DNA from: a virus
Virus record (IMG/VR): IMGVR_UViG_3300045988_151707
Location: 1 to 64,000 of that record
Length of the DNA stretch: 64,000 nucleotides
Direction: 5' to 3' (one strand)
Positions 53,682-63,339 of the stretch are shown piece after piece. The translations under genes and the position numbers were made by a program. The notes beneath the pieces are model-generated. The model was not told the DNA's origin. It searched no databases and saw nothing but the letters and a program-made list of their open reading frames with translations. Each line of letters begins with the position of its first letter. The first letter of the stretch is position 1.

Positions 53682-54250
53682 ACGCCAAGGTATTTACAGA
53701 TTCCCTGCACATGCAGCGTGACAATCTTCTGTCGGCCTTCATCCGACAGAAGGAAGTCCACATCTTCGCGATTGTCCTGGAAAAGGTTTTCCGTCAGCAC
53801 AGCCGGGCAAATGGTATGCTTCAGAATGCAGAAACCGCTTTCCTTGTCGCTGTCGCCGTCGGCGGTGTCCTTACGAATCTTCATTCCTTTCAGCACCTGC
53901 TCTGCACTCTGATACAGACATTCGGCCAGTTTGTCGGCCTTGGTCTGACCTACGCTGGTCCATGCCTCCCATCCGCGTGCGGTCATCCACTGCGTGCCGC
54001 TTCCGGCAGCGTTGCAATGGACGGATACCAGGATGCTGTCTTTCACCCGGTTGGCGCGTGCGCACCGTTCCTGAAGCGAAATGTCTTCCTCTTCCGGAAC
54101 GAGCAGCTGCGCGTCCAGCCCTTTCTTCTTTAGCGCATCTACCACGCGGCGTGCAATGTCGCGTGCATAGGCATATTCGCGCAACCGTCCGTCGGGCGAC
54201 TGCTTCCCTTTGGTGTCTGCACCATGACCGTTATCAATCCAGATTTTCAT
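53678..54250 (-). CDS. N-acetylmuramoyl-L-alanine amidase (Amidase_3-type endolysin)
   Basis: MKIWIDNGHG..., ..ISLQERCARAN......LVSVHCNA.., ..PAVLTENLFQDN. Confidence 0.85.
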   Translation of the reverse strand: MKIWIDNGHGADTKGKQSPDGRLREYAYARDIARRVVDALKKKGLDAQLLVPEEEDISLQERCARANRVKDSILVSVHCNAAGSGTQWMTARGWEAWTSVGQTKADKLAECLYQSAEQVLKGMKIRKDTADGDSDKESGFCILKHTICPAVLTENLFQDNREDVDFLLSDEGRQKIVTLHVQGICKYLGV

Positions 54251-54286
54251 GTCGTGTCTAGTTTAGTTTTTGTGTTGTGACTGTGG

Positions 54287-54862
54287 TTATGCAGAAGCTA
54301 GAACCCCGGCCTTTTCAAGCTCGTCAATCAGCTTGTTCAGTACGGTATGTGCATCTGCCGAACCTGTAGCATCTGTTACATGGGCACCCTGTTTTACCAA
54401 ACCTGGTGTTCCTGATGCGGCATTTGTATAAGTTGTATCAGTCCAGTTTACTGTTACATAGGCTTTCCCGCTGCCATCTACTTTTACAGCATAATTCTTG
54501 CTGTTTTCAGAATAGCCGGTCTGGATTCCTCCCAAAGCAGAGTCGCTGGCTTTCGGGAGCACATAGCTTTCACCTCCGCCGCCACCACCGGCTGCTGCGG
54601 AATCCTTGATAACCAATGCCTTGACTTTTTTCACCTCCACATCGCTCAGAAGCCGTACCTTCATGCCGGCAGGTACATTGATTTCAATTACTGAATTTGT
54701 GAAATTCACCGTATCCATTGCGACGGGTTCCATGGTGTCAATAAACTGGTAGATTGAAAGCCTTCCGCTTTTCACACCCTGAATCTGCACCATTGTACGT
54801 CCTTCGGAAGTATATTCGGCCACATAGCCTTCAGCTCCCTTCTTAAAACTGATTTCGTCCAT
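54287..54862 (-). CDS. Fibre-like protein with Gly6 linker
   Basis: ..YVLPKASDSALGGIQTGY.. resembles the LP.A....LGG.K motif common in phage fibre proteins. Confidence 0.45.
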   Translation of the reverse strand: MDEISFKKGAEGYVAEYTSEGRTMVQIQGVKSGRLSIYQFIDTMEPVAMDTVNFTNSVIEINVPAGMKVRLLSDVEVKKVKALVIKDSAAAGGGGGGESYVLPKASDSALGGIQTGYSENSKNYAVKVDGSGKAYVTVNWTDTTYTNAASGTPGLVKQGAHVTDATGSADAHTVLNKLIDELEKAGVLASA

Positions 54863-54891
54863 TGTTTGTGTTGTGTTTTTGGTTTGTAACT

Positions 54892-55524
54892 CTATTTATA
54901 GGGATTCTCCCGGTATTCCGGAAGAATGAACTGTATGTTCACCGCTGCATCGTGCAGCACCTTATGGGCTTGTTCCTCACTTACCTCCATTTCGTCGGTA
55001 AACTCGCAGAAGATGTTTCCTACCCAGTCGGAAGCGCTGTTCAGCCTCTTTATGGCTACGCCGCGACAGCCATTGGTTATAAACAGGGATTTGGCCATCT
55101 TGTCCTTCACTTGAGAGTCTATATCCGTATAGCAGAGAAAAAGGTTTTCGGCCAGCCCTCTGCTGAATACTGCCATTTCGCTCATAGGGAGCCGCTGCAC
55201 GTTGTCCTTCATGCCCGACACCCCCTTGCGTTTCACTTCGAAATAGATGGAAAGGAAGGCTGCGTTACCCAGCGGGTGCGGCTGTACGATGTACACCCTG
55301 TCGGCCTTTGTCTCGTAGAGCACCTTCCACAGTTCGCCGAATACCTTTGCCGTGTTCTCGCTTCGCTTGAAGCTAAGACGTTCGGTTTCCTGCTTGTACC
55401 GTTCCAACTTCATATCGTTCATCTTGTCACGATACTTCTGCGTCATTTTGTTGTACTGAGTAAAAATCAAGGTACCCACGGAAACTACAGCTGCGCTTAT
55501 GGCCGTCACCATTTCTGCGTCCAT
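54892..55524 (-). CDS. Hypothetical protein with N-terminal TM helix
   Basis: MVTAISAAVVSVGTLIF followed by a 190-aa soluble domain. Confidence 0.5.
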   Translation of the reverse strand: MDAEMVTAISAAVVSVGTLIFTQYNKMTQKYRDKMNDMKLERYKQETERLSFKRSENTAKVFGELWKVLYETKADRVYIVQPHPLGNAAFLSIYFEVKRKGVSGMKDNVQRLPMSEMAVFSRGLAENLFLCYTDIDSQVKDKMAKSLFITNGCRGVAIKRLNSASDWVGNIFCEFTDEMEVSEEQAHKVLHDAAVNIQFILPEYRENPYK

Positions 55525-55548
55525 TCCGTGCCTCCTTCCGATTTCCCA

Positions 55549-55947
55549 TTATTCCATTTCAGGCGTATTTTTTTCAAAAAGAGCGGCAATAGCTTTTACC
55601 ACATCGTAGAAACCGCATCCACTAAGGCCGGCAGCCAGTCCGTAAATAAGCGTTCCCCACCATTGGTATCCTTCGAGCAGAGGAGTAAGCTGAAGCGCCC
55701 ATGCCAGCACGCAAACCACCATACCTACCGCCACGCTCACACCGATTTTTGCGAGCTTGCTTCCTGAAATGGCAGGAATTACTTTCAGGATTTGCGTCAC
55801 GATAGCCGAGATAAGTGCTACGATTCCGGTAAACGTGCCTAGGTCGATTACGAATCCGGCAGTAGAAGGTTCAGAGGTTACAACGCCCTGTGCGAAAACG
55901 GTCACTGCAGAGATCAGCATTGCAAACATTAAAATCATCTTTTTCAT
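55549..55947 (-). CDS. Holin candidate (small protein with multiple TM helices)
   Basis: 132 aa with 3-4 hydrophobic helices. First gene of the operon that contains the amidase. Confidence 0.5.
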   Translation of the reverse strand: MKKMILMFAMLISAVTVFAQGVVTSEPSTAGFVIDLGTFTGIVALISAIVTQILKVIPAISGSKLAKIGVSVAVGMVVCVLAWALQLTPLLEGYQWWGTLIYGLAAGLSGCGFYDVVKAIAALFEKNTPEME

Positions 55948-55990
55948 TTTGTCGTCGTTTTTAGTTAAACATTTGGTTTTTGATGCAATA

Positions 55991-56032
55991 CAAAGTTACG
56001 AAGAGCACATTGGAGAATGAAGGACAAAAAAA
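55991..56032 (-). promoter_or_regulatory. Late-type promoter module (GTCCTTCA-N19-TAACTTTG)
   Basis: Minus strand reads TTTTTTTGTCCTTCA-N19-TAACTTTG, ~45 nt upstream of the ATG at 55947. Confidence 0.7.
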
Positions 56033-56060
56033 CGACGGTTTCTCGGAGGACAAAAACAAA

Positions 56061-56086
56061 AAAGGAGACAATCGCTTGTCTCCTTT
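56061..56086 (-). terminator. Rho-independent terminator preceding the promoter module
   Basis: AAAGGAGACA-ATCGCT-TGTCTCCTTT followed on the minus strand by TTGTTTTTG. Confidence 0.65.
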
Positions 56087-56383
56087 CTGTGTGTGTTGAT
56101 AAAACTCTCATCGAAGAAGGGAATCCCTGTTTTCCCTATCACGCCGCTAAATTACAAAAAATATTTATATCCGAATAAAACGGATATGTTTTTTTGACAA
56201 TTGAATGCTTATTTGCACTTTAAAACAATAAAAAGGGGAATATACCTCTCTTGGAAATATCCCCCTTTATGCATCTAATAATTCATTAAGAATTATAGCT
56301 GCAAATATAGCTTTTTATTATGATTGACATCTTGTTTATGCTTAATTTTTAATATATTTATAGTGTATCTAATAATAATCATT

Positions 56384-57528
56384 ATGAATAAAATTAAGTA
56401 TGAGCTTGTAACGCATCGTGTACACGGAGGAATGCTAGCTGTTTTTGTGAAATGTTCACAGTATGGTTCTGTAATAGAACTAGATACTAATGTCAGAGTG
56501 TTTAATGACGAATGGAGCAAAGAATTCGGACTTATTTCTAAAAATCCAAATGCCGCTAATCTTAACCTGCTAATCAGAAAACTTGTGTATAACCTGGAAG
56601 AGATTGAACTAACTTATTCTGGAGAAATTACATTGTCTAAATTGCATGACATCTATTCAAAACGTGGAGCTTCTGCAGACTGGTATGTAATGTGGGAAAA
56701 ATCCATGAATGAAAGAGGGTTAAAACCTCGTACTATAGAAATACATGAAAATGTTTTGAAGACTATAAAAAAATTCAGAGATTCTTGTCCTGTCACATCA
56801 TTGACAGAGGATTTCTTCCGCGGATTCATGGGATTTTTAATTAATTCCGGACTTAAATATTCAACCGTATGTAAGGAAATGCATGTTGTTAAGGCATATT
56901 ATAATATCGCACGTAAATTGTATGGGAATAAGGTTCCATCGGATGCATTCGCTTTTTACCATGATCCAAAAGACCTGAACAATACTTATAAACTGAAGTC
57001 GTTAAGTGATGATGATATACGTAAGATTGAGAATTATGTAGCATCTGGGACGTTATCAGAAAGTAAAAAGCTAACTATCAATCAATTCTTATTCATGAGC
57101 TATTCTGGAACTAGGATAAGTGATTTTGCTTCTCTCAACGAAAAAAACTTCAAGTTGGAAGATGGTCGGATTTGGCTTGAATATAATTCCGTAAAAACAA
57201 ATACACATGTCAGAATACCTCTTTTTGCTCTGTTTGATGGAAGAGGTGAGCAAATATATAGCCAGTATCAGAATAGACTTTCAGAGTTTTTTATGTGGGG
57301 AACAATTGCAGGTTCAATTCAAGGTTGTCTTCCGCTCTTAAAGGAAGTGGCCTTAACAAGCATGTAACCGCTCACGTTGCAAGACATACTTGCGCAAGCA
57401 GATTAATTAATAGGAATGTTCCTATAACTACAATACAGCAAGTAATCGGTCATAGACAAATAAAGACTACGATGATATATGCAAAGATTGACGACAATTC
57501 GTTTGTAAGACAATTGAAAGGATTATAA
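56384..57528 (+). pseudogene. Tyrosine recombinase (integrase/invertase family) split by a 1-nt frameshift near 57277-57300
   Basis: ORFs 56324-57367 and 57295-57528 together carry R (SGTRISD), K (SVKTN), HxxR (HVARHT), H (GHRQ) and Y (MIYAKI). The frames switch at or near the T6 run 57287-57292. Confidence 0.8.
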
Positions 57529-57551
57529 AAAGCCTCTTTACGAGGCTTTTT
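57527..57551. terminator. Bidirectional terminator after the recombinase gene
   Basis: AAAAAGCCTC-TTTAC-GAGGCTTTTT. Confidence 0.7.
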
Positions 57552-57555
57552 ACAA

Positions 57556-57572
57556 GTTCTGGCGGAACTGAT
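57556..57572. repeat. Candidate recombination site L (GTTCTGGCGGAACTGAT; palindromic arms AGTTC/GAACT around TGGCG)
   Basis: 14 of 17 match to the reverse complement of 58052-58068. Lies exactly where homology between the two knob cassettes begins. Confidence 0.5.
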
Positions 57573-57825
57573 GGGTGGATTTATAAGGAGAAGCCCAGTT
57601 TCAGAATCTTTCGACTCCTGTATAAATCAGGGCGTTTATAATATCAATAAGACCACTTATCCATCCGCAGTAAACTATCCTCCAAGTATTGTCTATGGGC
57701 TTCTATTTGTATTCAGTTCATCGAATGGATGGGTTTCACAATTATCTCATAATTTGGAAAATAATACAATACACACAAGAATAAGAAATGAAAATGGTAT
57801 TTGGAATGAGTGGAAACAGTTATAA
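57571..57825 (+). CDS. Alternative tail-fibre knob cassette (silent or stand-alone C-terminal domain)
   Basis: 84 aa ending ..NGIWNEWKQL, homologous to the C-terminus of 57820-58404 (..NGEWTEWKEL). The in-frame homology (VLAEL vs VLAGL) starts upstream of its ATG. Confidence 0.55.
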   Translation: MGGFIRRSPVSESFDSCINQGVYNINKTTYPSAVNYPPSIVYGLLFVFSSSNGWVSQLSHNLENNTIHTRIRNENGIWNEWKQL

Positions 57826-58404
57826 TTCTTTCCATTCAGTCCATTCTCCATTACTTATTTTTGCCCTTTGATAAGTCGTTCCAGTAAATATCTCTACTAG
57901 TATCTGAAATGCACTTTGATCAGATTTCGCAGAAAGCAGAAAACCAAAATATCCATTTGTGTTTGTTGAGCCATTCTCTGCATAATAATATCCATCTTCA
58001 ATGTTGTTCGCGTCAACCACTTTGCGTCCACGATAGGCGAAGGGGAATTGTATTAGTCCCGCCAGGACTGATGAAAACTGTTCTTTGCCAATATATATAG
58101 GATTCCCATTAGAGTCAATTCCTCTTATAAAAGGAATATCTTCTGAAGGCTCATTCAATTTCTCTGATTTTGAAATTTCTCTAGATGCATCTCCTATACT
58201 GATTATTCCAGTTTCCATATCGCTCGGATTTGAAACTATAAAATTTTTAGGAGAATTTATTTGTAAAAATGATGACATTAATTCAGAGATTACTTTTTTC
58301 ATGGAATCTTTTGACATCTTTTGTACATCCCCATTACTCTTTACACCAAGAAAATAATCAAAATCTTCAACGGATGTAACGTCTGATAATTTTTTATCTG
58401 CCAT
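57820..58404 (-). CDS. Tail-fibre tip protein with C-terminal knob domain
   Basis: 194 aa. Converges on the plus-strand cassette, sharing the palindromic TTATAA stop region. Confidence 0.6.
   Translation of the reverse strand: MADKKLSDVTSVEDFDYFLGVKSNGDVQKMSKDSMKKVISELMSSFLQINSPKNFIVSNPSDMETGIISIGDASREISKSEKLNEPSEDIPFIRGIDSNGNPIYIGKEQFSSVLAGLIQFPFAYRGRKVVDANNIEDGYYYAENGSTNTNGYFGFLLSAKSDQSAFQILVEIFTGTTYQRAKISNGEWTEWKEL
58052..58068. repeat. Candidate recombination site R (plus strand ATTAGTCCCGCCAGGAC; arms AGTCC/GGACT around the inverted spacer)
   Basis: Inverted partner of 57556-57572. Lies inside codons V113-L117 of the fibre-tip gene. Confidence 0.5.
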
Positions 58405-58447
58405 AATTATATGTTTTAATCGTTTGTGTTTTGTTATATAATACTCA

Positions 58448-58969
58448 TTAAACAGTTTCCTTATTATCCGGAAGAACCGGTCTGTAATAAATTACTTTTT
58501 CAGATTCATCAGGAGAAAGTGAAAGAAGCATAGGATTCTGGTCTGGCATAGTATCCTCTGATAAAGTATGTGGAGTCACTACCTCAAGAAGCACATCATC
58601 AAAATTAAACTTAAAACCAGAAGGAGCTTCTGTGCCGATTACCTCATTAAAACTTGGATATAAACGCTTTAGTTCCAATGCCTGATTGTTTGTAAGGCTA
58701 ATGTTATTAATATCTGATGATACTTTTCCCAATAAAGATACGAGCTTGTTAAGAAAATTATAATCCAGATTATCCGGATAGAACAGATTTCCTTCTTCAA
58801 TCATAGAATCTTTTTCTGATTCTGGTATTTCTTTCCACAATGCCGCTTCTTCCATGGATGAAACAATCATTGATTTTTCAAAACGTCTTTCACTAATTGG
58901 AACTTCCTCACTCTGAGTAAGAAGACATCCGTTACTTGCTTGTAGTATCATTTTTCCTTGCTTTTTCAA
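58448..58969 (-). CDS. Hypothetical protein
   Basis: 173-aa ORF. Start uncertain because it overlaps the upstream gene. Confidence 0.45.
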   Translation of the reverse strand: MKKQGKMILQASNGCLLTQSEEVPISERRFEKSMIVSSMEEAALWKEIPESEKDSMIEEGNLFYPDNLDYNFLNKLVSLLGKVSSDINNISLTNNQALELKRLYPSFNEVIGTEAPSGFKFNFDDVLLEVVTPHTLSEDTMPDQNPMLLSLSPDESEKVIYYRPVLPDNKETV

Positions 58970-59219
58970 TCATGTTGTCAATAGCATCAATAAAACGTGG
59001 GTTCCCGAACCTGGAATATTCCTTAATCAGTTCCACTTCTTTCTCATCATATTCTTCTTCACCATCTGAATTGTATATCTTACGGCACAATTCAAGCGAA
59101 GCAACTCCCCTGCCCGATGCGTAGATAGCATCGGCAAACATTTCTCTTACATCTTCCACTGCTTCCGTGACGCGTGAAAGACCGTTGAAAACGTGTAATT
59201 CCTTAAAATTCAGTTTCAT
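58932..59219 (-). CDS. Hypothetical protein
   Basis: 95-aa ORF directly after the 1019-aa fibre gene. Confidence 0.45.
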   Translation of the reverse strand: MKLNFKELHVFNGLSRVTEAVEDVREMFADAIYASGRGVASLELCRKIYNSDGEEEYDEKEVELIKEYSRFGNPRFIDAIDNMIEKARKNDTTSK

Positions 59220-59221
59220 TA

Positions 59222-62200
59222 TTATCCTATTTTATAACAAATTCCATTTTTAAAATAAAGGGTTTTTGAATACCCGTTTGGGGGCACATATTCTGCGGTA
59301 CCTGTAAATCCAGTAACTGAATTACCTCCTTCTGTCATTGATATTTGAGTAGGATTTATAATCATACTAGAATCTCCCATCTTTAATCTTATATCTCCGT
59401 TTGTTATCTGAGTGCTCTTGTCACCGCTGTTCATTCTTATGTCAAACGGGTATAGGTAAAGCGTTTCCCCTTCAATATTTTTCAATGATATTGCAGCTGA
59501 TTCATATCCTGAATTGTCGTAGAAAAACCAGCTAGAAAGCACATTCCCTGTACTTGAAACTAAAGCCATTTGTCTTGAATCAGGGTCTAATATAATTCTG
59601 TTTCCATCTGAATTAGTAACAACACCTCCAGTGAAAGTACCTGTAGCAGATTTCAACTCACCGGAAAAAGATCCGCTCGTAGCTACGACTTCACCTTGTA
59701 TATGTGCTTTTGTAGCATACATCTCACCAGATTCCGTCACACGGAAGGGAGCAGAAGCACGGTTCTCGTAAGTGCTTCCTGCAAAAATACGCACAAGGCT
59801 GCCTGAATTGCTTCCTGTCATACCTGCAGTAACAGTACCATCATCTTTCTGTATAAGCAGGTCGTTTCCCTGAAACAACTGTATTTTTGCATTCTTGGCT
59901 ATAATCAGTGATGTAAAAATAGAACCTACATTCGCGCCAAACCTTTTCCAAAATTCAGTGTTTGCGTATGTAATGCTGCTGCTCGATACATGCGTTTTCA
60001 AACACTGGTATGCGTCCCATCCGGTTTCAACAGCATTGTTTCTTACCAATACTACATCTATATAACGAACAGGAAGGCTTCCGTCTTTCACATCGCTGTC
60101 ATTACGGTATTCCGTGTTCAATGCCCATTCAGAATCGCGGATTACACATCCCTGAAGACCGTCTGCCCCTTTCTCGCCAAGCTGTGCAAATACAGCAGGA
60201 GTAGAGAATAACCCCCATTCTCCATCTGTTGATTTCCTTCTTTTAGAGACCCATTCGTATGGATAAGAAACAGAAATACCTGAAGGTGAGCGTGTCCATC
60301 CACTTGGTATGTAATCATCTATCTGTGCTGTTGTTGGAGTTGAAGGGGTTGAATTTATTGTTGTTCGTGTGTAAATTTCTTCAGTATAAGGTCCGTCTTC
60401 GCCTTTTTGAGCAATTATTTCGTATTCTAAAGAGTTTTGTTCTCCCGTTAGTATATATCCTCCATCTTCAAATATAAATCTATTCCCATCATTATCTGTC
60501 CAACACCATAAAGGAGGATTGTTAGTTGCATTTTTTGCAGAAAATGAAGAACCACACATTGTTACAACACCCATTTCAGGAACTTCCATGCCAGACTCCC
60601 ACCTTCCAATATAAGTTAACCCAGCTCCATCTTCACCCTTATCTACTTGTAGAAGCCAATCAGCATTTTCCTTGGAAGGTTCTGTATCTGTCCCGTCTTC
60701 TGCTACGCATAGCCACAATATACCATCATGGCTTACACGGTCATAAAATTCATATTTTGTGCCACTTTCCCATTGACCTCTGTCATTTGCCACAAGAACC
60801 GGCGTTCCATCTGGTCTTACTTGATTTATTGTACCAGTAAAATACACAGAATTAAGGTACATGGAGTAACCAGACATGTTCAGCCCGAATATGTTCAAAT
60901 TCGTCAGGTCGCCATACTGCATGGCAATATTCCCAACCGTAAATTCCCAGTCATTCTGTTTCCAGAGAAGTCGGGTATATGATCGTGTTTCGTATGCGGA
61001 GCTTTGTCTTGCTTCATCAGTAAAGTTTCCGTAGCATGAAAAACTCATCTGTGGCTGTGGATGAATAGTATATCCGGGACGAAGTGCATAACGGAATGTC
61101 TCATTATTATCTCCCGACACCTCCGTCACGCGAAAATAGGTGGTTGCAAATCCGGAAAATTTGAAGTTACCTTTGCTGTCGTCAGAATCCTCGGTAGCAT
61201 CCCTTTCATCGCCAAAATGGAAGATACCAAGTGCAATGTCATCCTTAGATACCGCACCAAACTCTCCTTTTTCCAGCTTTAGTGTACAAGTTCCAGTTGT
61301 AAGCTGATTACCTTCCGAATCCGTATCAGGTGTGCATGACAGAATAATTCCAGCACCAGGTACACGCCATTTAATCCCCAGGAAAATCTCTACACGGTTG
61401 TACCGGAGTTCAGGAACCTCCAGAAATTCCCACAAGCGAAGTCCGCGCATTTCTCCGTATCCTTTTTTATCTATCTTTGCGCCAAAACCGGTTAAACCTT
61501 CGGCAAAACCTTTCTCTCCCACCACAATTCCTGCCATCATCGTAAGCAAGAATTTTGTGGAGTCTTCACGGTCTTTATTGATAAGGTATTGTCTGAGAAG
61601 GTCTAAATATTTTCCAGTAAGCAACTTGGTTGTGGGCACGGATTCGTCGCTTTGAAGGAATTCTCCCTCATCTCCCTGGCGTGCCACATCAGAAATCTGC
61701 TTGTCGTTGATAACCAGCTTGCCGATAATGGAAAGCGTGCCTTGAACTATGTAGGAAGTGAAGCGTTTCAGCGGACGGATAAGGTCATCGGCTGTCACTT
61801 CAAACAGTTCTTTCCATCCGGCTGTATCCTGCGTTTGTCCTTCAGGAGTAGAAAGCTTACCGTAGTCCAGTGTAATTTCACGGTCGAGGGTGGCAGCTTC
61901 CAGACTGTCGGTGGCGGTAATGCTTCCGATACGTATGTAATAGAAATCTTCGCTGGGATTCTCTCCGCCGATGCTTCCGTCAGTAGCATAGTCGTTCACG
62001 GAAAACAGCACCATGGCATCGTCAGAACCACGTTCCAGACGGGCATAGATGTAGTGTGCCTCCGTGCGGTTCAGACGGGTGTTGTATCCCGTCAGCGTCC
62101 AGCTTCGGTATTCTCCGTTGGGCAGATAATCTATGCCGTAGCTTTTCTGCGGAGCCACCATGATGGTACAGCCCGGAACCACCCCCACCTGAATCAGGTT

Positions 62201-62281
62201 GGGGTTTTCCAGTGCATTTTCTATCATGGACACGCCCTGGTAAGAAATTCGGTATGCGTTACTCTGGTAATCGGTTATCAT
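59222..62281 (-). CDS. Large tail-fibre / receptor-binding structural protein
   Basis: 1019 aa, beta-rich, and adjacent to the fibre-tip genes. Confidence 0.55.
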   Translation of the reverse strand: MITDYQSNAYRISYQGVSMIENALENPNLIQVGVVPGCTIMVAPQKSYGIDYLPNGEYRSWTLTGYNTRLNRTEAHYIYARLERGSDDAMVLFSVNDYATDGSIGGENPSEDFYYIRIGSITATDSLEAATLDREITLDYGKLSTPEGQTQDTAGWKELFEVTADDLIRPLKRFTSYIVQGTLSIIGKLVINDKQISDVARQGDEGEFLQSDESVPTTKLLTGKYLDLLRQYLINKDREDSTKFLLTMMAGIVVGEKGFAEGLTGFGAKIDKKGYGEMRGLRLWEFLEVPELRYNRVEIFLGIKWRVPGAGIILSCTPDTDSEGNQLTTGTCTLKLEKGEFGAVSKDDIALGIFHFGDERDATEDSDDSKGNFKFSGFATTYFRVTEVSGDNNETFRYALRPGYTIHPQPQMSFSCYGNFTDEARQSSAYETRSYTRLLWKQNDWEFTVGNIAMQYGDLTNLNIFGLNMSGYSMYLNSVYFTGTINQVRPDGTPVLVANDRGQWESGTKYEFYDRVSHDGILWLCVAEDGTDTEPSKENADWLLQVDKGEDGAGLTYIGRWESGMEVPEMGVVTMCGSSFSAKNATNNPPLWCWTDNDGNRFIFEDGGYILTGEQNSLEYEIIAQKGEDGPYTEEIYTRTTINSTPSTPTTAQIDDYIPSGWTRSPSGISVSYPYEWVSKRRKSTDGEWGLFSTPAVFAQLGEKGADGLQGCVIRDSEWALNTEYRNDSDVKDGSLPVRYIDVVLVRNNAVETGWDAYQCLKTHVSSSSITYANTEFWKRFGANVGSIFTSLIIAKNAKIQLFQGNDLLIQKDDGTVTAGMTGSNSGSLVRIFAGSTYENRASAPFRVTESGEMYATKAHIQGEVVATSGSFSGELKSATGTFTGGVVTNSDGNRIILDPDSRQMALVSSTGNVLSSWFFYDNSGYESAAISLKNIEGETLYLYPFDIRMNSGDKSTQITNGDIRLKMGDSSMIINPTQISMTEGGNSVTGFTGTAEYVPPNGYSKTLYFKNGICYKIG

Positions 62282-63279
62282 TTCCCTTTTCTGTATTTCT
62301 GATTCATTTTCTCAATTTCCTTGGCTTCCTTGGCCATGGCATTCATAATTCCCAGGATGCGGACCGCCTCGCTGTCGTACACTGCGTCGTAGTCACTGAA
62401 TCCCTGATACTTCATGATGTTGTTAATCATTTCCACCTCTATCTTGATGGGGTTCTGCCGTCCGTTCTTTTTCCCGTTAGGCGTGAACAGCTCCGGATAC
62501 ATGCGTGCGTAGGCTTCCTGCACGCTCTGAAAATACTGCACCATGACGGGGAACATGCGGGCTTCTACCATGCTAAACCAGCGGGCGTTTTTCTGTATCT
62601 GTCCGGAGTTGAACGACCACACGCGGCGCTTACACTTGCGCAGGTAGCGCCCTTCGCGTATCTCTCCCGTCTCGCGCACGGATTCGTTGAACAGCGTGGC
62701 CAAAAACCGGCAGCGTGCCTGCTTCATGCGGCGCAACTGCATCCGGATGGCGGCATGGGTCGATTTTCGCCTTACAAGCGTCTGTAGAACCTTCTGTGCG
62801 TCCCAGTACATGATAAGCAGATTCTGTGCGGACTGGTACTGCGCAAAGCTGACATCGGACATCACATCTTTCGGTGCTTTCAGACGAAGGGTCCCCATAC
62901 GAAGCCGGATAATTCCGTATGGAGTGACGGTGCGTGCAAAAGGATTGTCCAGAAAACCGAGCTTCTGGTCTATCCACTGGTCCACCTGCCATGCCCGCAT
63001 GGGAATGCGCTCAAACAGGTGTCGAATCCCTTTGCGCCGGAAGAGAAACACCGTCTCACCATTTTCATCGGTCACGGTGCGCCGCACGATTTTCAGTCCG
63101 AGAAAAAGCATGAAGCACTTCAGCTTGAAAAGTCGGTCGGCACGTTCCTCGTCGCCTGCCGCAGCCATAGCCTCCTTACGCTTGTAAAGTCTGTTCACCT
63201 CTTCCAGTTCTTCGGTCGACAGCCAGTTCCAGCTGTCGGGAAGTTCCGGAAGATGTATCTGGTAGTTTGTCGTATCCAT
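62278..63279 (-). CDS. Hypothetical protein, first gene after a late-type promoter
   Basis: 333-aa ORF with a 4-nt overlap to the fibre gene. Confidence 0.5.
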   Translation of the reverse strand: MDTTNYQIHLPELPDSWNWLSTEELEEVNRLYKRKEAMAAAGDEERADRLFKLKCFMLFLGLKIVRRTVTDENGETVFLFRRKGIRHLFERIPMRAWQVDQWIDQKLGFLDNPFARTVTPYGIIRLRMGTLRLKAPKDVMSDVSFAQYQSAQNLLIMYWDAQKVLQTLVRRKSTHAAIRMQLRRMKQARCRFLATLFNESVRETGEIREGRYLRKCKRRVWSFNSGQIQKNARWFSMVEARMFPVMVQYFQSVQEAYARMYPELFTPNGKKNGRQNPIKIEVEMINNIMKYQGFSDYDAVYDSEAVRILGIMNAMAKEAKEIEKMNQKYRKGK

Positions 63280-63298
63280 TTGTCGTTTCTTTATACTC

Positions 63299-63339
63299 CA
63301 AAGTTAGGTATATGACAACTGGGGATGAAGGACAAAAAA
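63299..63339 (-). promoter_or_regulatory. Late-type promoter module (GTCCTTCA-N19-TAACTTTG)
   Basis: Minus strand reads TTTTTTGTCCTTCA-N19-TAACTTTG, 19 nt upstream of the ATG at 63279. Confidence 0.7.

Noticed and set aside
55081-55215. Plus-strand GTCCTTCA matches inside coding sequence (about 15483, 55101, 55203)
   Set aside because: They lack the T-run and a TAnnTTTG box at N19, and they lie inside genes. This number of hits is about what chance predicts for an 8-mer in 128 kb of two-strand sequence.
54862-55767. 301-aa plus-strand ORF across the lysis-region genes
   Set aside because: It is antisense to two well-formed minus-strand genes and spans their intergenic gap.
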